Source of the DNA: Epithemia pelagica
Taxonomy: Eukaryota > Protista > Bacillariophyta
Length of the DNA: 64,000 nucleotides
Direction of reading: 5' to 3'
Assembly (NCBI GenBank): GCA_946965045.2
Contig: OX337236.1
Span: forward strand, 124,001 to 188,000
Of this stretch, positions 1-10,892 are shown in pieces. Each line of letters opens with the position of its first letter. Position 1 is the stretch's first letter. The notes under the pieces were generated by a model. The model searched no databases. It saw only the letters and a program-made list of their open reading frames with translations, and had not been told where the DNA came from. The translations under genes were made by a program, and so were the position numbers.

Positions 1-7
1 CCATCCA

Positions 8-376
8 ACCTCAGGATCCCTTTCTCTCGCGCAAACACAAAGACAAACAGCAGAATCAAATCTCATTAGATTCTCGCAACCGTAAACACTAGTTTAGGTT
101 GTGTTGTGGGGGGAAGGGTAATCCTTCACCACTCAGGGTCCGATCTGGCATAATGCTCAGACAGGGGAACCGGCCCAAAAGAACAAAAAGAAAGACCCAA
201 ATCAAGACTCCTGTTGGATCCGCTTGTGGCCCACCAACGCGATCAAGTTGCACCATGCAATCGCAAAGGCGGAAACGGACAGGGGACGCAATCGGCTCAA
301 ACTCTCTCTCTAATGGACAAGAAGCGAAGAGGCCTTGCCATGTCAGCCTCAACGCAACTTGCCAGTTCCAGAAACC
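8..376 (-). repeat. Terminal repeat B of the YR (Ngaro-like) retrotransposon; copy of 6573-6941
   Basis: 369-bp direct repeat, offset 6565, from ACCTCAGG to CAGAAACC; 2 substitutions seen between the copies; the other copy lies directly 3' of the YR ORF. Confidence 0.85.
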
Positions 377-426
377 AGGGTGGGAAGGGAGGGAAAAAAG
401 AAGAAATGGGTACTATCCGTACCCAC

Positions 427-768
427 GAAAGTTGGAGTTTCAACTCTTTAGAAATCAAGAACGGCGCCAAAGGGGATCAGACCTTCGCCGACGAACCGTA
501 GAAAACCCAAAGAGTGAGCTCTCCGTGTCCCTCTTGTTTTGTTTGCTGCGTCTTTGCTTGTTTGTCATGGATCGCATGTCGCGCTCCATTAGGGATCCAT
601 TGTTGGCGCATTGTTGTTTGATTCAAGAGTGCCCATGCCTCTTGAATCGGACGATCCTCTATTTGGAGGCAGTCCACTTTGAGATATGGAATGGAAGAGG
701 CTTTGTCGCGGTAGATGGGATGCACATGTTCTTTTTGGAACTTCCTCTTCCGAGTTGCACGCCCGTTC
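427..768 (-). repeat. Terminal repeat A of the YR retrotransposon; copy of 14816-15157
   Basis: 342-bp direct repeat, offset 14389, from GAAAGTTGG to CCCGTTC; 2 substitutions seen; the other copy is the 5' end of the YR element. Confidence 0.85.
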
Positions 769-1992
769 AAGTTTACCAGAGACGAGAAGGAACTGACCAT
801 TGAACAGTTTGCAGAATTGGTGTCAGAGCATGTGGAGTTTCACGGAATGGATGCTGAGTTCTACCTTCCAGATCCCCAGAATCCGACACAATTGGTCAAC
901 ATTCTGCATGAGGACTCGGAGTTCTCACCCGCTTATGTTGTCACACACTTCCGAAATGCTCAAGCAGCGACAACACCACTGTATGACGACTACTCCACTA
1001 ACAATATGGACCTCGCATACAAAGCAATCATGGCTGTGTTAGATGAAACGGTGAAAACAAGCATTCGGCCACTCCTACCTAGAGATTTGCGCTACGGACC
1101 CATCCTTTGGATTTACGTCGTTCGCGAAGTGCGCACAGCCTCATTCCAACGAATCAAGGCTCTCAAGACCCAGTTGGAGTCTCTCAAGCTGCGGCAAACA
1201 CCAGGCGAAGATGTTAAGGTGTTTACAACCAAGTTTCTTCAGACTTGCGTTGAGTTGGGTCGCAATGTGCCGAGTGATGCTCCTTTCATCCTCAATGAGC
1301 AGCTGTGTACGTCTTCGGTTGAACAGTTTCGAGTGAAATTTATGGCACGGAGTACTGCCGTGAACCAGTGGGTCACAAAAGTGCATGGCTTATCCAAAGC
1401 TACCATTGATGCACGATCAGCTGAACCTGACTATGTTTCTGTGCAAGACTTGGTTGAAGAAGCCAATGCAGAGTACACCCTCCTTTCGACTGCCGACCGC
1501 TGGGGCCCATCCGGAAAGGCCGATTCGGGAAACCCACCGGAAGCATTGACCTTCACCAAAGCTGAAATAAACAATCTCGTGCAGAAACAAGTGTCTGCCG
1601 CGATCAAGAACAAGAATGGTAATGGTAAAGGCGGAGGAAATGGACGCAAATGCTATCTTTGTGGTGCCGAAGACCATCTAAAGAAAGACTGTCCCAAGAA
1701 CCCTGCAAACCAACACGGTGGCGACAAGACCAACAAAAAGTCTAAAGCTCCCAAAGCACCGTGGAAATCTATTGCGCCTGGACCAAACGACCCAGAAACG
1801 AAAAATGTGAACGGCACTGACTGGCACTGGTGTGCCATTTGTGGTTTCTGGCGATTGTCCCATGGCACCGCCACACATCGAAATGACTTGCCTTCTTCGC
1901 AAACTGGCGACAAGAAAGCAGCCAAACCTGCCGGAGCAGCCTCCCTAGCTTTTGTTGGCGCTGCATCCATCCTTGATGACGATGAAGAATGA
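769..1992 (+). CDS. gag: Copia Gag, 5'-interrupted at 768 by repeat A
   Basis: CYLCGAEDHLKKDC zinc knuckle and WCAICGFW..SH motif; homologous to the gag relic at 39715-40863; the listed ATG at 715 lies inside repeat A and is not the native start. Confidence 0.85.
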   Translation, partial: KFTRDEKELTIEQFAELVSEHVEFHGMDAEFYLPDPQNPTQLVNILHEDSEFSPAYVVTHFRNAQAATTPLYDDYSTNNMDLAYKAIMAVLDETVKTSIRPLLPRDLRYGPILWIYVVREVRTASFQRIKALKTQLESLKLRQTPGEDVKVFTTKFLQTCVELGRNVPSDAPFILNEQLCTSSVEQFRVKFMARSTAVNQWVTKVHGLSKATIDARSAEPDYVSVQDLVEEANAEYTLLSTADRWGPSGKADSGNPPEALTFTKAEINNLVQKQVSAAIKNKNGNGKGGGNGRKCYLCGAEDHLKKDCPKNPANQHGGDKTNKKSKAPKAPWKSIAPGPNDPETKNVNGTDWHWCAICGFWRLSHGTATHRNDLPSSQTGDKKAAKPAGAASLAFVGAASILDDDEE

Positions 1993-4900
1993 CTGGTTGG
2001 GCGGATTCTGCTTGCCCTTTGGAGTTTCTTGGTATTGCTGAATCTACAGCCCATTTTATCCTTCGTCTTTGATTGTTGTTTGCGATTGATTCTCGCCATC
2101 GGGCGACTACTACACCAAAACCTTTGGCCTCGCAAACCGTATCGTCGGCATCGCCGTGCCTGTCGCTACTATCGTCGCTCGCCACTTGCAGTCTTACCCA
2201 AGCTGCTCGTGTGCTATTCTGCCATAATCATGAGCACCCAAGCCATGACAAACGTACTTGGCGCACCGTTACACAAGTTTCCTTCGTTGATTGTCGCAAG
2301 TCGGCAATACGACCACCGTGTCCGTGGTCCTCCTCGCTGGCATGATCGTCATGCGCCACGCGCTAGAGTTCCGACACAAGAGCCCGACGAAGTGGAACCA
2401 ACGCCCTTCGACTTTCCGGAGCCACCTACTACGGGACGGCCTCCTCCTGAGATCCCAGAATTCGCCTTGCTGCTTCCACCCAACAAAACGGAAGCCAATG
2501 TTGCTGCACCGTCAACAGAGGGAGCTGACGTACCATTCACATGGACATCGCTCTTCTCTTCCAAACCAAAAGACTCTTTCCTAGTGACCTTCGATTCAGG
2601 GGCAACGATAACCATCTCGCCTACCAAAACTGATTTTGTTGAGTATACCGAAGTGGAAGGTTCCGTCTTGCAAGGATTGGCCAAGGGTCTTCCGATTGCT
2701 GGAACCGGGAAAGTCTATTGGGGAATAACCCTTGATGATGGAACTACAACGACCATCACCACGCCTGCATACCATGTACCTACCGCTCGTTGTCGTTTGC
2801 TTTCACCGCAAAGTTATCTTCAACATATGAGTGCCGAGGCCGGTCAAGACTCTCCAGAAAGCTTTGTCATCCGTGGAGCCAAATTTGAATATCACAAAAG
2901 TCACGCCAAACATGCTTCTGTCTCTTACAGTGAAGACAACAACCTTCCAACGTGCTCCATGTGGAATACCAAACCCTCCGTGCCTGCACCGGCAGCCAAT
3001 ACAACTGGGTGTGTTACCAACGAGCACAACCCCAACCTTACATCGCCTCAAAAAGAGCTCCTGAAATGGCATTATCGTTTGTGCCATCAGGGCCTTGCTT
3101 CGTTCCAACGTTTGCTGAAAACCGGCGCCCTTGGCAACTCTCCTTTGTTGCGCGCCGCCTCCAAGTGTGATCTCCCCAAATGTGCGAGCTGTGAATTTGG
3201 CAAAGCCCCCCGTCGTCCGACAGACACTACCACGAAAACCTCTGTGCCTGAGAGGGAGTATGGCCTTAAGAAGGAAAACCTGTTCCCTGGCCAACGTGTC
3301 TTGATGGACCATTTCACCGTTACGCAGAAGGGTCGCCTGTACTCGTCCAAAGGCAAAACCCACACCGACAGTATGTATTCGGGCGGTTGTATCTTTGTCG
3401 ACCATGCAACAGGCGACATCCACATCGAACATCTCGTCAATTTTACAGCCACAGAGACTATCGCGGCTAAACAACGATACGAGAAACGCATGTTTGACAT
3501 GGGAGTGACTGTCCAAGCCTACCAATCGGACAATGGGATCTTTGCTTCGAAAGCTTTCGTGCAAGAAATTGAGAATGGTCTACAGAATATTAAGTTTAGT
3601 GGAGTTGGAGCGCATCACCAGAATGGCATCGCAGAGCGCAGCATTGGTACCATCCTTACAAAAGTCCGCACAATCTTGATTCACGCTGCCATTCGATGGC
3701 CTGACGCCGCTGATATGAGCTTGTGGCCTATGGCCGTGGACTATGTCGTGCACCAGCACAACCATATGCCGAGAGCCAGTGCAGGAATGATGTCTCCGTT
3801 GGAATTGGTTTTACGGACGAAAGTGTCGCGTGCCTCTTTTCAGGACATGCATGTTTGGGGCTGTCCGTGTTACGTTCTTGAGCCGACCCTTCAGGACGGA
3901 CACAAGCTGCCAAAGTGGAAGCCCCGTTCTCGCCGTGGAATTTTTATCGGATTCTCTCGTCGTCATTCGTCGCGTGTACCATTGGTCTTGAATACTCGGA
4001 CCGGTCACATCTCGCCGCAGTTTCACGTCGTCTTTGACGACTGGTTTACCAGCGTCATTGGAACAGCCCGCGACGAACCATTTGATACCAACCAGTGGAC
4101 CCAACTCTTTGCAGATTCGAGGTACCACTATGCTTTTGACGACGATGACCCCGTCGTTCTGGCTGATGAGTGGATGGACCGATATGCCGACAACGCTGAA
4201 CGTTCTGCACAAATTCGGCAAGGCCAAGACCAGCCTCAGCAGCAGAGGGAGCCTCCGCCACTTCGAACAGACGATGTATTGCAGGATCAGAGGGAGAGGC
4301 AACATCCTCCTAACCCTGATTCTCCACCATTACAACAACAACGTCCTGAACAGCCTCGAGAGACAGAAGAACCGCCGCCAGCACCACCGGATGGAACCGA
4401 CGAGCCAGTGTTTGATCCACCACCACCGCCTGTGCCGCCGTCACCAAACTTGCCTTCCTCCCCTTCTCCAGGAGTACGACGCTCCGGTAGACAACGAAAA
4501 CCTCCTCTCCGTTGGGGTTATGATGGAACCCAAGGAGCAGGATATCAAGCCCTGGAGAGTTTCGCTCTCTTTGTTTCAGACGCCACGACAACGGCTGCTT
4601 ATCAAGCCTATCTGGATGTCGATGATGAAACAGACACGTACGGATTCCGTGATCCAATTGTGTACCAATCCTCAACAAAGTCCAAGAAGAAGGATCCCGA
4701 CTTGCCTTCGTATTTTGAAACAATGACCGGGGACGACCGCGAGGGATTCACCGAAGCAATGGGAAACGAAGTCCGTGAATTGGAAGGAAAACACACATGG
4801 GACTTAGAGAAACGCTCCACCATGGAAGCAAAAGGTCGCAAAGCATTGCCCTCAACGTGGGCATTCCGGCGCAAACGGTATCCAGATGGATCCATTCGGA

Positions 4901-6288
4901 AACTAAAAGCAAGGTTGTGTGTGCGAGGCGACAAACAGATCGAAGGAGTAGATTTCTTTGAAACCTACGCTCCTGTCGTGCAATGGACAACGATCCGCCT
5001 TGTTTTATTGTTGAGTCTGGTGTTCAATTGGGTGACAGTCCAAACGGACTATTCGAATGCGTTCGCCCAAGCGACTCTCGAAGAAGACGTGTATATGGAG
5101 CTGCCGAAGGATTTCGCCCCACAGGATAACACAGAAGATTATGTCTTGCGATTGCGCAAAACCTTATATGGCCTGAGACAAGCTCCCCTTTCTTGGTATG
5201 ATCATTTGAAAGGCCACCTGGAGCAGCGCGGCTTCACTCAGAGCAAATATGATCCATGCCTTTTCTTTGATGCGACAAAGCAAATATTGTGCCTTGTCTA
5301 CATTGATGATGTGATTTGGGTGGCACCGGATGAAGCAAGAATCCTGAAAGTCTTGGACTCTTTGAAAGACGATCTCGAACTGACAGTAGAGGGAGACGTC
5401 TCCGCCTATCTGGGCATCGCCTTTGAACGACTGGATGACGGCCAAATTAAGTTGAAACAGTTGGGACTGATTGAACGAGTGTTGAAAGCAACAGGGTTGC
5501 AAGAGTGCAATCCGGATAAGACTCCTGCGAGTCAGACTCCACTTGGAACAGACAAGGATGGAGCTGAGTTTTGCGAGAAATGGAGCTACTCGTCAGTGGT
5601 CGGCATGTTACTATATTTGGCCTCCAACTCCAGGCCGGAGATTGCGTTCGCCGTGCACCAGTGTGCAAGATTTACCCATAATCCAAAAGCCTCCCATGGA
5701 CAAGCTGTCAAACGGATATGCCGATATTTGAAAGGGACCAAAGACCGAGGAATGATCTTGACACCGTCCAAACACTTGACCGTTGATTGCTATGTTGATT
5801 CGGACTTTGCCGGACAATGGAATGCCGAGGATCCACAGGATCCATTGTGTGTAAAATCAAGAACCGGATATGTCTTGATCGTGGCCGGGTGCCCTGTTCA
5901 CTGGGTATCAAAGCTTCAATCGGAGATTGCTGTGTCCACAATGGAAGCTGAGTACATCGCTCTCAGTCTTGCCATGCGTGATTTGCTACCGCTTCGGGGA
6001 CTGGTTGCTGAAATTAAGGGAATGTTTGGCGCCAAGATCCTTCCATGCCGTGCCTATTCAAAAGTCTTCGAGGATAACAATGGGGCTTTGCTCTTGGCCA
6101 CAACACCAAAGATGACGCCCAGATCAAAACATATTGCTGTGAAGTACCACTTTTTCAAGGAGAATGTCTCAAAGGGTGAGATTCAACTTGTAAAGGTCGC
6201 TTCCGAAGATCAAATTGCTGACTGTCTTACCAAGGGGTTGGATAAGACTTTATTCGTCCGAGCAAGAGAAATGCTAGCCGGATGGTGA
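1993..6288 (+). CDS. pol: Copia Pol (protease, integrase, RT, RNase H), uninterrupted and in frame with gag after a single TGA
   Basis: FDSGAT protease; WHYRL and CASC zinc finger; MDHF/SDNG/AERSI DDE integrase; KARLCVRG, QTDYSNAF, YIDD RT; YVDSDFAG, EAEY, EDN, ADCLTK RNase H. Confidence 0.95.
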   Translation: MVGRILLALWSFLVLLNLQPILSFVFDCCLRLILAIGRLLHQNLWPRKPYRRHRRACRYYRRSPLAVLPKLLVCYSAIIMSTQAMTNVLGAPLHKFPSLIVASRQYDHRVRGPPRWHDRHAPRARVPTQEPDEVEPTPFDFPEPPTTGRPPPEIPEFALLLPPNKTEANVAAPSTEGADVPFTWTSLFSSKPKDSFLVTFDSGATITISPTKTDFVEYTEVEGSVLQGLAKGLPIAGTGKVYWGITLDDGTTTTITTPAYHVPTARCRLLSPQSYLQHMSAEAGQDSPESFVIRGAKFEYHKSHAKHASVSYSEDNNLPTCSMWNTKPSVPAPAANTTGCVTNEHNPNLTSPQKELLKWHYRLCHQGLASFQRLLKTGALGNSPLLRAASKCDLPKCASCEFGKAPRRPTDTTTKTSVPEREYGLKKENLFPGQRVLMDHFTVTQKGRLYSSKGKTHTDSMYSGGCIFVDHATGDIHIEHLVNFTATETIAAKQRYEKRMFDMGVTVQAYQSDNGIFASKAFVQEIENGLQNIKFSGVGAHHQNGIAERSIGTILTKVRTILIHAAIRWPDAADMSLWPMAVDYVVHQHNHMPRASAGMMSPLELVLRTKVSRASFQDMHVWGCPCYVLEPTLQDGHKLPKWKPRSRRGIFIGFSRRHSSRVPLVLNTRTGHISPQFHVVFDDWFTSVIGTARDEPFDTNQWTQLFADSRYHYAFDDDDPVVLADEWMDRYADNAERSAQIRQGQDQPQQQREPPPLRTDDVLQDQRERQHPPNPDSPPLQQQRPEQPRETEEPPPAPPDGTDEPVFDPPPPPVPPSPNLPSSPSPGVRRSGRQRKPPLRWGYDGTQGAGYQALESFALFVSDATTTAAYQAYLDVDDETDTYGFRDPIVYQSSTKSKKKDPDLPSYFETMTGDDREGFTEAMGNEVRELEGKHTWDLEKRSTMEAKGRKALPSTWAFRRKRYPDGSIRKLKARLCVRGDKQIEGVDFFETYAPVVQWTTIRLVLLLSLVFNWVTVQTDYSNAFAQATLEEDVYMELPKDFAPQDNTEDYVLRLRKTLYGLRQAPLSWYDHLKGHLEQRGFTQSKYDPCLFFDATKQILCLVYIDDVIWVAPDEARILKVLDSLKDDLELTVEGDVSAYLGIAFERLDDGQIKLKQLGLIERVLKATGLQECNPDKTPASQTPLGTDKDGAEFCEKWSYSSVVGMLLYLASNSRPEIAFAVHQCARFTHNPKASHGQAVKRICRYLKGTKDRGMILTPSKHLTVDCYVDSDFAGQWNAEDPQDPLCVKSRTGYVLIVAGCPVHWVSKLQSEIAVSTMEAEYIALSLAMRDLLPLRGLVAEIKGMFGAKILPCRAYSKVFEDNNGALLLATTPKMTPRSKHIAVKYHFFKENVSKGEIQLVKVASEDQIADCLTKGLDKTLFVRAREMLAGW

Positions 6289-6337
6289 ACCAAACTGTGA
6301 TTGCTCAACTGCAATCGCTCCTCCGTCTGAGAGGGAG

Positions 6338-6572
6338 TGTCGTGACAGTGGGGAAGTTTACATGCTAGTGGGGTAGCAGCCTTGGAGCGCGCGAGTCGAG
6401 CCAAGAAAGTAGAATAACTCCCACACACAGTTTGGAATCATAATTTCGCTTTGTTTGATTGTTGCATCTCTTCTCCCTTCCGTTCCCTGCCTACCGTCAT
6501 CATTTGTTGACCATAGTGATCATTTGACCGCTGACTACGACAAGAGACGCATCTATAACGATAGATTGCGGC
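6338..6572 (+). repeat. 3' LTR of copia 1, first part; probably resumes at 15158-15178
   Basis: Starts TGTC right after the PPT; cut at 6572 by repeat B; sequence after the YR element ends ...GTGTGACA at 15178, giving TGTC...GACA ends (256 bp total). Confidence 0.65.
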
Positions 6573-6969
6573 ACCTCAGGATCCCTTTCTCTCGCGCAAA
6601 CACAAAGACAAACAGCAGAATCAAATCTCATTAGATTCTCGCAACCGTAAACACTAGTTTAGGTTGTGTTGTGGGGGGAAGGGTAATCCTTCACCACTCA
6701 GGCTCCGATCTGGCATAATGCTCAGACAGGGGAACCGGCCCAAAAGAACAAAAAGAAAGACCCAAATCAAGACTCCTGTTGGATCCGCTTGTGGCCCACC
6801 AACGCGATCAGGTTGCACCATGCAATCGCAAAGGCGGAAACGGACAGGGGACGCAATCGGCTCAAACTCTCTCTCTAATGGACAAGAAGCGAAGAGGCCT
6901 TGCCATGTCAGCCTCAACGCAACTTGCCAGTTCCAGAAACCCCCTCCACCGAGAATCTTGGTTTGGTCG

Positions 6970-8545
6970 TCACATTGCAGAACTGTACCGGAGAAACGGC
7001 CCCACAAGCATCGACAGGTCTGCATACATGTGGTCAATGGCCCCGCCTGGTTTATTGGCTCCTGCTTTCTCCTTTATTCTCCATCGGTTGACAGTTTCAA
7101 GGTCTGGCTGCTCAACGCCCACCTCTTTTGCTCTTGTATTCGAACCCCGTCTGAAAGATCGGAACACAAAGTATTTTGTGACGATGTCCTCTTCCCCTTT
7201 GATGGCAGTCAGAGGAAAAAGGTTTTTGTCGTTGTCGAAAAGTTTGCACAAATGTCGATGCAGGATGTCATCCAGCATTCGTGGCGCGATGGGTACACCC
7301 TTTCGATCCATCATCAACGGCCCGGTCGTTCGTCCAATGTCCCGAGACAAGACCATTGCTCTGTTCAACCATTGGCGAACTTTGATTCCACTCCCTGTTA
7401 CATTGCAGCAGGGGAGGAGATGAGCCCGTTCAGAATGCTCGCCTTTGAATTGGCCCCAAAGACAAACCACCACGCAATCCCGGTCCTTGTAAAGATCTGC
7501 GTATCGAGTCATGGCTCCTAAATCAAGGAGCAGCCCTTCCGGCCCTCTCAAGGACAAAGCGAAAGACACAGCATAAAAGGTTCCCGCCATAACCGTCACA
7601 AATGGGTCCGTCACATTGTTTGCGCGCCTCAATTCTTCTTCCAAGGAACCCAGCAACGCAACAACCAACTCGCTAGATATTGCTTGGTCCGGGCGCCAGT
7701 CTTGGCCCATCCGTCGGCGACAACCTTCAACAAATCTTGAAAACCATAATGATCCGCTCTCGTCTTGGCCCAACCGAGAGAAGGCTTTCCCATTGTTGTC
7801 CGTCAAAACCAGGGGTCGATTATCAACCAAAGTGGCCGGTGTTGCTCTAACGTGATTGGAGTACACCGATCGAAATTTCCGGATGGTGTCAAATTGCTTT
7901 CTATCCGTATGATACTTTCCCTCGTCCAACGAACTGTCCAACATCAAATATGCCACTTGGTACCCACAATGATCGTAACTCGGGAACGGGCCATGGCTCA
8001 TGAACGGTCCATAAGGGATTCCCACTTTCATTGACTTCTCAATCATCTTTTTGGCATTTCTAGTGTTTTGCGCGACCGTGCTTGTTGCCCGACTCCAAAA
8101 TGCATCGAGATTCATGCGTCTCACACACACCATCAAGTACTTGTCTTGCACGCTTTTCGGGTCCGGTTCCTCACCTCTCAACTTTCGAAAGATGCACCAA
8201 TCACACTCGAAAGGAGTCATCAAGTGATCACCCGCTCGTGCATGACTATAATCTTCTCGTCGGTCCTTTGTGCGCGCTCTCCAAGTGGCTGCTACGATCC
8301 GGTCCGCGTCCGACTCTTCCACCATCAAGTTCCTGGAAGCCACAAAGAACCGACCCTCATCGTTCGAAGAATAACAACTTGCGCACCATGCGTTTCGACA
8401 TGGACTGCATTTTCCAACACTGAACGCAAAATTTCCGCAGAAGATCCCTTCCACCCACTGGATCTTCTTTCCACAATTTGCGCAATTGGCGGTCCATTGA
8501 GAACATTTTTGGGGTGCCCCGCAATTGCCACGGCTGTGCCCTAAT
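6970..8545 (-). CDS. Tyrosine recombinase with N-terminal Cys-rich finger
   Basis: CGNF..KCSPCRNAWCASCY; LSLRGPEG (R), GQFKGE (K), RSFRRG, NRWR, HMYAD (Y). Confidence 0.85.
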
Positions 8546-10892
8546 AAAAGGAAAAAAACAAGACCAACGATGAGAGGTTCATAATTTCCTTCAGGCCAAA
8601 AAGAAGTTCCAGCAGGGATCTCCATAACCAAATCGCATGCCTTGTGTAACCGCTTATACCATTTCGGAGTAAGCAGGCGTTGACAAAGAAAAATATGCAT
8701 GGAAGGTTGTCTTTTGTGACGTGCTTTTCTCAATTCCTCGAGAGCCACATCAGCTGCTCCTGGAGGCGGAGCCCACACAAAATGTCCTGGCCGAAGGATA
8801 GGCAGGGACAGTTTGTTATGTTCTGTTGGGAGGGACCATCCCCGGATGTCGTGGCCTGTTGTGAACCAGTCCATGGGGGTTAGTGCTTCTGCTTTGGGTC
8901 CCAACCAAGAACGAACCCATTCGAACAGATTCTCGGACATCTGGAATGGTGTCTTGTGAAGAGGAATATAGGATAACATGGGAGTCCCAGCCATGACTCC
9001 CTCGTTCAATTGCCCTCTAGAAATGCCATCCACTCCCACAGCGATCATCCTCTTTCCTGATACGTGGGAGATATGCAGCCGTATTGCATGGCGCATCTCT
9101 AGTCGTCGTAGACGGATCACTAGTTCTAGCAGTTTTGGACTTGATGATGAGCCCTTGTAGAAACAACGTTCGACGGTTGAGTTGTCTGTGAAGAAGAAGA
9201 CTTCTGTGTTGTCCAAATGGCCCAAGGACGCTTCTTCCTCCAGCGACTCTACACAGTTGGTAAACACCTTCCAGTTGGAAGATTCACCTACCACGATGTC
9301 CTTTCCCCATGCTCCCACTCTATACGACAGTTTCTTTTGAGGGAGTTGGAAGGCTGCCCCGAATCCACATCCCGAAGCATCGCCACATCCGAATAATGCA
9401 ACAAAGATGGTGTCCGAAATGACTTGGACCTTGGGAGGATCCTCTGAGCCTAGCATGACCGCAATGGCTCGTACATCGGTTCGCAGCCTCGGAACTGCCT
9501 TGACCCGTGCTGGTGGAATGTCCTTTTCTTTGTTGGTTGGTTCTGCATGCGAGTCTTCATCTTCATCTGTGTCTAAGAAACCACAAATGGTGTTGATTTC
9601 TTCGTCCCCAAACTTTTCTTGTAACTGGGAAAGCCACTCCCTTGTTGACAGCTTCCATCCCTCGCCATTGCGCCCGGGTCTCCAAACATTCATAGTCAAA
9701 TAGAATCCCTTTAAGAAGGGCATTAGCGAATTGTAGGTCAGCGCTTGATGAACGAAGAAGCCCACGTCTCGTTGCATTTGCTTGTGTTCGAACGTGGGAG
9801 AGTCACTCTTGGTATATGCATCCACGTATTTTTCCAGGAGTTTCTTGCCCTTGTCCCATTTCTTTTGGGTGAGGGTTTTTGATATGGTCGTGGCTGAGAT
9901 ATGGTGTACACCGCCAGCCCATGCGCCGGGAGTTTTGGAAGGTGGTCTCCGCTTTCGAGGTGCGTCTTGAATTCCTAGATATTGCAATCTAGCCCCAAGT
10001 TGGCGTGCCACCTGCCATGCATGTTCGGCTGAGGAACCGACCGTTCGCAAGTCGTCCATGTAGGTAACTACATCTCCCGTAATGTTGTCGAGTCTAGAGC
10101 TCCACTTCATGACCCAAGGCAAAGTTGGGGTGTATTCGGCGGAGCCAGGGATGTTGAAGCGAATTGAATCAAAACCACACGGATTGGTTGGATCCTGTGG
10201 TGCTCCTTTTGCTATTTCCTCAGCCAGGTAGTATTGGCGGGCGGCGTGGAACGGACTCGGAAGCATACCCATAAATAAACGATTCCACCGCACCCTACAA
10301 GATTCAGGAGAGAGGGCTGTAGCTTCTGGGGTGAGGTGTGACTGGACAGGATTCATGTCTACACCAGCATAGGGTCGAAGGTGTACGTCCATGGGGAAAT
10401 TCAAAAACATTTCCCCCAAATCCATGTCCCCACAGTAGGAATCGGTGGTCAATAGTCGTAGAGCCGACTCAGACGTTGGTAACCAAAAATTTGGTGCCCA
10501 CAGAGACTTATTCAACCCGCAGCTTGTGCCATTATAGACCATCCGAATGTCATTGTCGCCTTTTGGAACAGCGAAATAGTCGGCCATGCTGGAGGGAGGA
10601 GAGACACCGTCCAAATAACCACGCTCGAGCACGGTCGATAATTTCTTGGAAACTTGAGGGAGTATTTCCGCAGGAGGAGCACGCTGACGCCGATGATAAG
10701 AAGGAAGAGCATCGGTGACATGGATGGGAGTGCCAAACCAGGCATCTGCTTGTTGGGAGAGGCCGTTCCAGCGCCAAAAAATCAACGAAGAACCCGCATC
10801 CCAGTCCCACCAGGTGGAACGAAGAAGTTGGGACAAGACACGGCGGCCGGCGGATAGCAGTACGGGAAAGGAATCGAAATTGAAAGACTCCT
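8357..10892 (-). CDS. DIRS-type reverse transcriptase / RNase H; native C-terminus overlaps YR in another frame
   Basis: DYFAVPKG, DMDLGEMFLNF, YMDD; GDASGCGFG, FTDNS, VDGISRG; the tail FPFIRAQPWQLRGTPKM..* (stop 8357) needs one more T at the A7 run 8552-8558. Confidence 0.85.

Larger units (their letters stand above)
769..6572 (+). mobile_element. Ty1/copia (CoDi-type) LTR retrotransposon; 5' end outside the window, gag and 3' LTR interrupted by YR-element sequence
   Basis: gag with CX2CX4HX4C knuckle, then PR-IN-RT-RH order, PPT GAGAGGGAG (6329-6337) and LTR starting TGTCGTGACA at 6338. Confidence 0.92.

Noticed and set aside
8-376. Repeat 8-376/6573-6941 as the copia LTR pair
   Set aside because: No TG...CA ends, the PPT and LTR start are at 6329-6338, and the repeat abuts the YR ORF
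89-803. ORFs inside repeats A and B (also 6654-7521, 14821-15297)
   Set aside because: No recognisable motifs; they diverge at repeat borders
6970-10836. 1288-aa ORF as a natural RT-RNaseH-YR fusion protein
   Set aside because: The RNase H tail (FPFIRAQPWQLRGTP) lies in another frame after the A7 run; overlap of separate frames is the normal DIRS layout
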